A stretch of DNA of 64,000 bases from Phoronis australis (lineage: Eukaryota > Animalia > Phoronida), in contig NMRA01000466.1 of NCBI GenBank assembly GCA_002633005.1, positions 286,633 through 350,632 on the forward strand, in the 5' to 3' direction. Shown here piece after piece: positions 12,901 through 24,900 of the stretch. The notes below the pieces were generated by a model. That model was not told the DNA's origin and made no database searches. It saw nothing but the letters and a program-made list of their open reading frames with translations. How positions within the stretch are numbered: position 1 is the first letter of the stretch; each line of letters starts with the position of its first letter. Made by a program: the position numbers and the translations under genes.

Positions 12901-15900
12901 GTAACTTGTGTCCAGGACAATTAACGACAAACGGGAAGGAGTCTACTAGGTATAAAATTGGCTAATTAGGAAAATTTAAGTGAACGTACTGTTGCTTGTG
13001 GCTGGGCCAAGAGGAAGCTGGAAAGAAAGAACAAACAGCGCTACCATCGGACTTGGTAGGAACTCACTAGGAGTTGGATATGAAGCATGAAGGGCTGTCT
13101 AATGTTATTTGCCCAAATAATAGGATTTATGTCAGAGTGCCATCAATCTCATTAATTTGAAAACAAACGAGACAAATTTGGGAAGACGTCAGCTACACTC
13201 TGGTCAAATTGCAGAAGCATGTTATAAGTTTTAATTAGAGATTTTAAGCCGCATATAATAAGTGTTCTGTCTAAATTTGTCGGTAGTTAATGGGAAGTTA
13301 TTGCACTCAGTAGATAATTCATTTTCATGTAATACGCGTTTACAAAAGGTTTTCGGAAATTCAAAAATTTTGATGCTGTTAGACATTTCGAGTTTTCCCG
13401 AGATTTTCTGAACTTTAAAAGGCGTTCTATTTGGAAAACAATGTATGTTAATTAACAGGTTTGAGCAGTTTTGTGCCTTGACTCTTTTTTCGTGTTTTGA
13501 CATGGTGCATGAGGTTTTGATAACAGTTGCGTTGTACGTTATTGCACCTTGTATGAGTGAAATAGTTTGTTGAAAACTTGATGAAAGTCTGTGAAAATTT
13601 CAATATTCTTTCTGTTCTGTTCTGCTCTGTTCTGTTTGTCTGCGGCGTGCTTACTGACTCGTTTTCTACTGTAAATTATTGATAATTTCAGATGAGAGTT
13701 CGTTTGGAAATGATAATATGAAATTGTGATGTTGTTTGAGGCTTAGGTTTCGTAGTAAATTGATTTTTTTGAAAACAAACCAGGCAAATTTGGAAAGACG
13801 TCAGCTACACACTAGCCAGCTTGCAGAAGCATGTTGTAATCTTGATGAAAGTCTGTGAAAATTTCAATATTCTTTCTGTTGTGTTCTGTTCTGTTTGTCT
13901 GCGGCGTGCTTTCTGACTCGTTTTCTACTGTAAATTATTGATAATTTCAGATATCGACGAATGTTCCATCGACAGTACATGTTCTGCTAACGCCATATGT
14001 AGTAACAGTGACGGCAGTTTTACTTGTACCTGTTTAAGTGGTTACTCAGGAAACGGGACAAGTTGTGACGGTGAGAGTTCTTTTGGAAATGACAAAATGA
14101 ATTTGTGATGTTGTTTGAAGCTTAGGTTTCGTAGTGAAATGCTATTAATTTGAAAACAAACGAGACAAATTTGGAAAGACGTCAGCTACACTCTGGTCAA
14201 ATTGCAGAAGCATGTTGTAAGTTTTAATTAGAGATTTCAGGTCGCTTATAATAAGTGTTCTGTCTAAATTTGTCGGTAGTTAACATGAAGTTATTGCACT
14301 CAGTAGATAATTCATTTTCATTTAAGACGCGTTTGCAATAGGTTGTCGGAAATTCAAAAATTGTGATGCTGTAATGCATTTGGAATTTCCCAAAGATTTT
14401 TCTGAACTTGAAAAGGCATTCCAATTAGAAAACAATGCATGTTAATTAGCAGGTTTGAGCAGTTTGTGCCTTGAATCTTTTTTCGTGTTTTAACATGGTG
14501 CACGAGGTTTTGATAACTGTTGCGTTGTACGTTTTTGCACCTTGTATGAGTGAAATAATTTGTTGGAAACTTGACGAAAGTCTGTGAAAATTTCAATAAT
14601 CCTTTTGTTCTGTTCTGTTCTGATCTGTATTTCTACGGCGTGCTTCCTGACTCGTTTTCTACTGTAAATTATTGATAATTTCAGATATCGACGAATGTTC
14701 CATCGACAGTACATGTTCTGCTAACGCCATATGTAGTAACAGCGACGGCAGTTTTACTTGTACCTGTTTAAGTGGTTACTCAGGAAACGGGACAAGTTGT
14801 GACGGTGAGAGTTCTTTTGGAAATGATAAAATGAATTTGTGATGTTGTTTGAGGCTTAGGTTTCCTATAATGAAATGATGTTAATTTGAAAAGAAACGAG
14901 ACAAATTTGGAAAGACGTCAGCTGCACATGGTCAAATTGCAGACGCATGTTGAAAGTGTTAATTAGAGATTTTAAGTCGCATATAATAAGTGTTCTGTCT
15001 AAATTTGTCGGTTGTTAAAGGGAAGTTATTGCACTCAGTAGATAATTCATTTTCATGTAATACGCGTTTGCAATAGGTTTTCGGAAATTCAAAAATTGTG
15101 ATGCTGTAAGACATTTTGATTTTCCCCGAGATTTTTCTGAACTTTTAAAAGCATTCTAATTAAAAAACAATGTATGTTAATTAACAGGTTTGAGCAGTTT
15201 TGTGCCTTGAATCTTTTTTCGTGTTTTGACATGGTGCATGAGGTTTTGATAACAGTTGCGTTGTACGTGTTTGAATGAGTTGGATCGTCGATGGTTGACA
15301 ATTTGATATCATAATCGCGTGTAATATTGACGATGCACCCTTATTTCGTACCTGCATCAACAAATTTCTGCTATTAAGTGTAATTTCAAGATCACATGTC
15401 TTTGGCAATTTGCGTATGTGCATGTGTATACACCATACTCAGTACTGTTTGCGACAGATTTTTCACTTCGCCATTCAGGCTACTCCCTTGAAAACTAAGA
15501 CTTCGAAATCGCTAACATTTTTTAAGAAAAGAGAGTTACATGTATGTCAAAAACTTTTTAATAAAGCTGTCATATCCAACACTCACTAGTTCTAAATGTT
15601 TCACATTTGCGTCGGGCTAGCACTCACCTTTCTTGTTTTCAGATATTAATGAGTGTGAAAGTGGGCAAAATACGTGCCATTCCAACGCTACGTGTTTTAA
15701 CACCGTCGGCGGCTTCAACTGTACTTGTAAAACAGGTTTCTTTGGGAACGGAGTGAATTGTTACGGTAGAGTATTTCGGTAGCATTATGTATGTTAAGGG
15801 ATAACAAGTACGCTGCATATGTGCTCATTTTTCATCGACTAAGATGTGAAATTATTACTCTCTTGGTGATGTGGCAAAATCTTAAGATCAACCGATCATG

Positions 15901-18900
15901 TTAGATTCGTTAAATAACGATGGCTGAGATTAGAAATAAAGGTCAATGATCCTTCTGATTGATGTATTAAAATGACACTACTTTTTGTGAGTTTTCCCAC
16001 AACTGCTTCCATCCCATTACATTTGGTAATTGCCACTACCCTGAAAACATAAAAGCAATGTTGAGCTCAAACACTGTGGTCACTATGCCTTAAAGTAGAA
16101 TCGGTATTGTAGGCTTCAAAGCCAATGGCAGGCTGTAATATCGTAGGGGCGTGTCGATTATATTACATGCTACAGGCGTTAGTTTCAGTGTCTAAAAAGC
16201 CTAGTGATTAAGACAAGTCTAGACTATTTATTGTCACCAAATTAAATTCTGAAAAAGGCATAGGACAAATAGGTTAATGAGACAGAGCAATTCGGTCCTT
16301 TAAAAGAATATTTTGTTGTGCGTGCTCTGCGTGATACAGCCTTAAAAGTTTTTTCCGACGCGTAGATGGCCCTGCATCAATTTTCAGACAGAGCTCAGTG
16401 AGAATTGATCAATGGCTTACGAGTGCATACGTGTTCTAGAGTGTCCTCAAGGTTGATATCAATTTTCTCTGAAACTTATTTTCAGACATTCACGAGTGCA
16501 ATAATGGTAGCCACAATTGCCACCGTAATGCTACCTGTGAGAATGATATCGGCACATTCTTATGTATTTGCGTTGAAGGTTACACAGGAAACGGTGTCAA
16601 CTGCACTGGTAAGGCGACCACCGAAGTCGATAAGATACGCACCTTATTTCAATTTCCCGTAACACCGTCCAGGGACAGTATTTGTTAACATGTGTCTGAA
16701 GAAGTTTTTGGCAAGCTATTACTCAGTGGCTGTCACTGAATGTTGTTTTTGTGTGTTTATTTTGACGTTGTTATCTGTATGTCTGTGTAAGTACTTTGTA
16801 AGCAGAAATCATCAAGCAGTTGTTCCGTATGCTCATGACATTGGTTATTGTTTTAAAATTTTATTTTTAACATCAATTGTTGGATAATCTGTCCCATTAT
16901 ATCTGTCGTAATTTCTTAATAACTGCCTTTCTGCTGCGCAGTGCAATGTAGGTGTGGACGCATGAATTGTGTTGTGCTCCTAAGTATGAATAATTATTAT
17001 CGATTAGGAATTAATGTGGAAGTGCCTTTATCACTGAAACCTTTGTTCTGACTTGCCTCAAAATTGTAACAGGTGTACATGTAAGTATACTTTACGTCAT
17101 AGATCCCCTTTGTATCCATGCTTTCTGGATTCATGCCGTTGCTTTGATAGACAATGACTACCTTTCTCGTAATCGCGCAAGAGTCAGTTATATTATTTTT
17201 ATTTACTTATTTTGCCATTGTGTTAAAGCGATTTTGATATTAATGAATTTTAGTACAGAAGAATTACAGTTCCAAGTAAGTTTAAGACCACTTTGAAAAT
17301 TACTATCGATTTCAGTCATGCGATTAATTTAAGCAAAATAGTGGTGTAAAATTAGCACTCTGTATGAGTGAAATCTTTTCTTGAAATCTTTACTGAAGTC
17401 TGTGAAAATTTCAACGTTCTTTCTGTGCTGTTTCTCTACGGTGTGCCTATTTAGTCCTTTTCTACTGTAAATTACTTAATTTCAGATATCGACGAGTGTT
17501 CCATCGACAGTACATGTTCTGCTAACGCCAAATGTAGTAACAGTGACGGCAGTTTTACTTGTACGTGTTTAAGTGGTTACTCAGGAAACGGGACAAGTTG
17601 TGAGGGTGAGAGTTCTTTTGGAAATGATTAAAGGAATTAGTGATGTTGTTTGAGGCTTAGGCTTCGTAGTGAAATGCTGTTAATTTGAAAACAAACCAAA
17701 CAAATTTGGAAAGACGTCAGCTACACACTGGCCAGCTTGCAGAAGCATGTTGTAAGTGTTAGTTAGAGATCTTAAGTCGCATATAATAAGTGTTCTGTCT
17801 AAATTTGTCGGTATTTAAAGGGAAGTTATTGCACTCAGTAGATAATTCGCTCTCATGTAATACGCGTTTGCAATAGGTTTTCAGAAATTCAAAAGTTTTG
17901 GTGATGTAAGACACTTCGAATTTTCCCGAGATTTTTCTGAACTTTTAAAGGCATTCTAATTAGAAAACAATGTATGTTAATTAACAGGTTTGAGCAGTAT
18001 TGTGCCTTGGCTCTTTTTTCGTGTTTTGACATGGTGCATGAGGTTTTGATAACAGGTGCGTTGTACGTTTTTGCACCTTGTATGAGTGAAATACTTTGTT
18101 TGAATCTTGATGAAAGTCTGTGAAAATTTCAATATTCTTTCTGTTCTGTTCTGTTCTGTTCTGTTTGTCTGCGGCGTGCTTTCTGACTCGTTTTCTACTG
18201 TAAATTATTGATAATTTCAGATATCGACGAATGTTCCATCGACAGTACATGTTCTGCTAACGCCCTATGTAGTAACAGTGATGGCAGTTTTACTTGTACC
18301 TGTTTAAGTGGTTACTCAGGAAACGGGACAAGTTGTGAGGGTGAGAGTTCTTTTGGGAATGATAATATGAAATTGTGATGTTGTTTGAGGCTTAGGTTTC
18401 GTAGTAAATTTATTTTTTTTGAAAACAAACGAGACAAATTTGGAAAGACGTCAGCTACACACTGGCCAGCTTGCAGAAACATGTTGTAAGTGTTAATTAG
18501 AGAATTTAAGTCGCATATAATACGTGTTTTGTCTAAATTTGTAGGTAGTTAATGGGAAGTTATTGCACTCAGTAGATAATTCAGTTTCATGTAATACGCG
18601 TTTGCAATAGGTTTTTGGAAATTCAAAACTTTTGATGCTGTTAGACATTTCGAGTTTTCCCGAGATTTTTCTGAACTTTAAAAGGCATTCTATTTAGAAA
18701 ACAATGTATGTTAATTAACAGGTTTGAGCAGTATTGTGCCTTGGCTCTTTTTTCGTGTTTTGACATGGTGCATGAGGTTTTGATAACAGGTGCGTTGTAC
18801 GTTTTTGCACCTTGTATGAGTGAAATACTTTGTTATAATCTTGATGAAAGTCTGTGAATATTACAATATTTTTTCTGTTCTGTTCTGTTCTGTTCTGTTT

Positions 18901-21900
18901 GTCTGCGGCGTGCTTTCTGACTCGTTTTCTACTGTAAATTATTGATAATTTCAGATATCGACGAATGTTCCATCGACAGTACATGTTCTGCTAACGCCGT
19001 ATGCAGTAACAGTGACGGCAGTTTTACTTGTGCCTGTTTAAGTGGTTACTCAGGAAACGGGACAAGTTGTGACGGTGAGAGTTCTTCTGGAAATGATAAT
19101 ATGAAATTGTGATGTTGTTTGAGACTTAGGTTTCGTAGTAAATTGATTTTTTTTGAAAACAAACCAGGCAAATTTGGAAAGACGTCAGCTACACACTGGC
19201 CAGCTTGCAGAAGCATGTTGTAAGTGTTAATTAGAGATTTTAAGTCTCATATAATAAGTGTTCTGTCTAAATTTTTAGGTAGTTAATGGGAAGTTATTGC
19301 ACTCAGTAGATAATTCGCTCTCATGTAATACGCGTTTGCAATAGGTTTTCAGAAATTCAAAAGTTTTGGTGATGTAAGACATTTCGAACTTTCCCGAGAT
19401 TTTTCTGAACTTTTAAAGGCATTCTAATTAGAAAACAATGTATGTTAATTAACAGGTTTGAGCAGTATTGTGCCTTGGCTCTTTTTTCGTGTTTTGACAT
19501 GGTGCATGAGGTTTTGATAACAGGTGCGTTGTACGTTTTTGCACCTTGTATGAGTGAAATACTTTGTTGTAATCTTGATGAAAGTCTGCGAAAATTTCAA
19601 TTTTCTTTTATGTTTTCTTCTGTTCTGGTCTGTTCTGTTTGTCTGCGGCGTGCTTTCTGACTCGTTTTCTACTGTAAATTATTGATAATTTCAGATATCG
19701 ACGAATGTTCCATCGACAGTACATGTTCTGCTAACGCCATATGTAGTAACAGCGACGGCAGTTTTACTTGTGCCTGTTTAAGTGGTTACTCAGGAAACGG
19801 GACAAGTTGTGACGGTGAGAGTTCGTTTGGAAATGATAATATGAAATTGTGATGTTGTATGAGGCTTAGGTTTCGTAGTAAATTGATTTTTTTTGAAAAC
19901 AAACAAGGCAAATTTGGAAAGACGTCAGCTACACACTGGCCAGCTTGCAGAAGCATGTTGTAAGTGTTAATTAGAGATTTTAAGTCGCATATAATACGTG
20001 TTTTGTCTAAATTTGTCGGTAGTTAATGGGAAGTTATTGCACTCAGTAGATAATTCATTTTCATGTAATACGCGTTTGCAACAGGTTTTCGGAAATTCAA
20101 AAATTTTGATGCTGTTAGACATTTCGAGTTTTCCCGAGATTTTTCTGAACTTTAAAAGTCATTCTATTTAGAAAACAATGTATGTTAATTAACAGGTTTG
20201 AGCAGTTTTGTGCCTTGACTCTTTTTTCGTGTTTTGACATGGTGCATGAGGTTTTGATAACAGTTGCGTTGAACGTTTTTGCACCTTGTATGAGNTAATA
20301 GTTGCGTTGTACGTTTTTGCACCTTGTATGAGTGAAATAATTTGTTGAAAACTTGATGAAAGTCTGTGAAAATCTCAATAATCTTTTTGTTCTGTTCTGT
20401 TCTGTATTTCTGCGGCGTGCTTACTGACTCGTTTTCTACTGTAAATTATTGATAATTTCAGATATCGACGAGTGTTCCATCGACAGTACATGTTCTGCTA
20501 ACGCCCTATGTAGTAACAGTGGCGGCAGTTTTACTTGTACCTGTTTAAGTGGTTACTCAGGAAACGGGACAAGTTGTGACGGTGAGAGTTCTTTTGGAAA
20601 TGATAAAATGAATTTGTGATGTTGTTTGAGGCTTAGGTTTCGTAGTAAAATGCTGTTTATTTGAAATCAAACCAGACAAATTTGGGAAGACGTCAGCTAC
20701 ACACTGGCCAGCTTGCTGAAGCATGTTGTAAGTGTTATTAAGAGATTTTAAGTCGTATAATAAGTGTTTTGTCTAAATTTGTAGGTAGTTATTGGGGACA
20801 AATAAAACAACAAGAATAATGTATATTTAAGTTGTACTGGGAATTTCAGGGTCACAGCTCTACAAATAAATATTTCACAGAAGGAACCAGATGGGTTCCT
20901 TAATTACAAGAGATAACACACACATTTCCGATACCCAAAATACAATTTGAGTATCGGATGCTAAGTGGCACAGGTTAGCATAGTACCAAATGGGTACATA
21001 ATACCATATGGGTATTGGACGATTGCCTACCAATTGGGTCGAGCAAAACGGCAAATTCAATAACAAGTACCAAGTGGGTACAAACTGCCAAATGGGCAAA
21101 TATCATATAAAGTACCAAGTGGGTACACCAAACAGCCAACTGGGCTATAACAACCTGCAAAGCAGGGTTCCAGACAAGCTGAGTGAGCAGACCAGCCGGA
21201 GTGATAAAAAGAGATATTGTAAGGAACGTGGTGTTGTGGCTCAGTATGTGACACATGGGCAGGGTTGTTCAAGGATGAACAATCCTGTCCACTAATGGGA
21301 AGTTATTGCAATCAGTAGATAATTCATTTTCATGTAATACGCGTTTGCAATAGGTTTTCGGAAATTCAAAAATTTTGATGCTGTAAGACATTTCGAATTT
21401 TCCCGAGATTTTTTTGAACTTAAAATGGAATTCTATTTAAAAAACAATGTATGTTAATTAACAGGTTTGAGCAGTTTTGTGCCTTGACTCTTTTTTCGTG
21501 TTTTGACATGGTGCATGAGGTTTTGATAACAGGTGCGTTGTACGTTTTTGCACCTTGTATGAGTGAAATACTTTGTTGTAATCTTGATGAGAGTCTGTGA
21601 AAATTTCAATAATCTTTCTGTTCTGTTCTGTTCCGTTCTGTTTGTATGCGGCGTGCATACTGACATGTTTTCTTCTGTAAATTATTGATAATTTCAGATA
21701 TCGACGAATGTTCCATCGACAGTACATGTTCTGCTAACGCCATATGTAGTAACAGTGACGGCAGTTTTACTTGTACCTGTTTAAGTGGTTACTCAGGAAA
21801 CGGGACAAGTTGTGACGGTGAGAGTTCTTTTGGAAATGATAAAATGAATTTGTGATGTTGTTTGAGGCTTAGGTTTCGTAGTGAAATGTTGTTTATTTGA

Positions 21901-24900
21901 AAAGAAACGAGACAAATTTGGAAAGACGTCGGCTGCACATGGTCAAATTGCAGAAGCATGTTGTAAATGTTAATTAGAGATTTTAAGTCGCATATAATAA
22001 GTGTTCTGTCTAAATTTGTCGGTAGTTAATGGGAAGTTATTGCACTCCGTAGATAATTCATTTTCATGTAATACGCGTTTGCAATAGGTTGTCGGAAATT
22101 CAAAAATTGTGATGCTGTAAGACATTTCGAATTTCTCCGAGATTTTTCTGAACTTTAAAAGGCATTCTAATTAAAAACAATGTATGTTCATTAACAGGTA
22201 AGAGCAGTTTTGTGCCTTGAATCTTTTTTCGTGTTTTGACATGGTGCATGAGGTTTTTATAACTGTTGCGTTGTACGTTTTTGAATGAGTTGGATCGTTG
22301 ATGGTTGACAATTTGATATCATATGCGCGTGTAATATTGACGATGCCCCCTTATTTCGTACCTGCATCAACAAATTTCTGCTATTAATTGTAATTTCAAG
22401 ATCACATGTCTTTGGCAATTTGCCAATGTGCATGTGTATACACCATACTCAGTACTGTTTGCGTCAGGTTTTTCACTTCGCCATTCAGGCTACTCCCTCG
22501 AAAACTAAGACTTCGAAATCGCTAGCATTTTTGAAGTAAAGAGAGTTACATGTATGTCAAAAACATTTTAATAAAGCTGTCATATCCAACACTTCTAAAT
22601 GTTTCGCATTTGCGTCGGGCTAGCACTCACCTTACTTGTTTTCAGATATTAATGAGTGTGAAAGTGGCCAAGATACGTGCCATTCCAACGCTACGTGTTT
22701 TAACACCGTCGGCGGCTTCAACTGTACTTGTAAAACAGGTTTCTTTGGAAACGGAGTGAATTGTTACGGTAGAGTATTTCTGTAGCATTATGTATGTTAA
22801 GGGATAACAAGTACACTGCATATGTGCTCATTTTTCATCGACTAAGATGTGAAATTATTACTCTCTTGGTGATGTGTCAAAATCTTAAGATCAACCGATC
22901 ATGTTAGATTCGTTAAATAGCGATGGCTGAGATTGGAAATAAAGGTCAAGGATCCTTCTGATTGATGTATTAAAATGACACTACGACGCATTTTTGTGAG
23001 TTTTCCCACAACTGCTTCCATCCCATTACATTTGGTAATTGCCACTCCCCTGAAAACATAAAAACAATGTTGAGCTCAAACACAGTGGTCACTATGCCTT
23101 AAAGTAGAATCGGTATTGTAGGCTTCAAAGCCAATGGCAGGCTATGATATCGTAGGGGCGTGTTGATTATATTACATGTTACAGGCGTTAGTTTCAGTGT
23201 CTAAAAAGCCTAGTGGTTAAGACAAGTCTAGACTATTTATTGTCACCAAATTAAATTCTGAAAAAGGTATAGGACAAATAGGTTAATGAGACAGAGCAAT
23301 TCGGTCCTTTAAAAGAATATTTTGTTGTGCATGCTCTGCGTGATACAGCCTTAAATGTTTTTTTTCCGACGCGTAGATGCTCCTGCATTAATTTTCAGAA
23401 AGAGCTCAGTGAGAATTGATCAAGGGCTTACGAGTGTATACGTGTTCTAGAGTGTCCTCAAGGTTGATATCAATTTTCTCTGAAACCTATTTTCAGACAT
23501 TCACGAGTGCAATAATGGTAGCCACAATTGCCACCGTAATGCTACCTGTGAGAATGATATCGGCACATTCTTATGTATTTGCGTTGAAGGTTACACAGGA
23601 AACGGTGTCAACTGCACTGGTAAGGCGACCACCGAAGTCGATAAGATACGCACCTTATTTCAATTTCCCGTAACACCGTCCAGGGACAGTATTTGTTAAC
23701 ATGTGTCTGAAGAAGTTTTTGGCAAGCTATTACTCAGTGGCTGTCACTGAATGTTGTTTTTGTATGTTTATTTTGACGTTGTTATCTGTATGTCTGTGTA
23801 AGTACTTTGTAAGCAGAAATCATCAAGCAGTTGTTCCGTATGCTCATGACATTGGTTATTGTTTAAAAATTTTATTTTTAACATCAATTGTTGGATAATC
23901 TGTCCCATTATATCTGTCGTAATTTCTTAATAACTGCCTTTCTGCTGCGCAGTGCAATGTAGGTGTGGACGCATGAATTGTGTTGTGCTCCTAAATATGA
24001 ATAATTATTATCCATTAGGAATTAATGTGGAAGTGCCTTTATCACTGAAACCTTTGTTCTGATTTGCCTCAAAATTGTAACAGGTGTACATGTAAGTATA
24101 CTTTACGACATAGATCCCCTTTGTATCCATGCTTTCTGGATTCATGCCGTTGCTTTGATAGAAAATGACTACCCTTCTCGTAATCGCGCAAGTGTCAGTT
24201 ATATCATTTTTATTTACTAATTTTGCCATTGTGTCCAAGCGATTTTGATATTAATGAATTTTAGTACAGAAGAGCTACAGTTCCAAGTAAGTTTAAGACC
24301 ACTTTGAAAATTACTATCGATTTCAGTCATGCGATTAATTTAAGCAAAATAGTGGTGTAAAATTAGCACTCTGTACGAGTGAAATCTTTTCTTGAAATCT
24401 TTACTGAAGTCTGTGAAAATTTCAACGTTCTTTCTGTGCTTTTTCTCTACGGCGTGCCTATTGAGTCCTTTTCTACTGTAAATTACTTAATTTCAGATAT
24501 TGACGAGTGTTCCATCGACAGTACATGTTCTGCTAACGCCAAATGTAGTAACAGAGACGGTAGTTTTACTTGTACCTGTTTAAGTGGTTACTCAGGAAAC
24601 GGGACAAGTTGTGAGGGTGAGAGTTCTTTCGGAAATGATAAAAGGAATTAGTGATGTTGTTTGAGGCTTAGGCTTCGTAGTGAAATGCTGTTAATTTGAA
24701 AACAAACGAGACAAATTTGGAAAGACGTCAGCTACACACTGGTCAAATTGCAGAAGCTTGTTGTAAGTTTTAAGTAGAGATTTCATGTCGCATATAATAA
24801 GTGTTCTGTCTAAATTTTTAGGTAGTTAATCGGAAGTTATTGCACTCAGTAGATAATTCATTTTCATGTAATACGCTTTTGCAATAGGTTTTCAGAAATT

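Noticed and set aside
13030-13050. Minus-strand tRNA-iMet primer-binding site (TGGTAGC)
   Set aside because: Only 7 nt match and no adjacent LTR identified
6431-23898. Repeated + strand ORFs (...[18 protein letters not shown]..., [11 protein letters not shown]...)
   Set aside because: Off-frame reads of exon B and its intron
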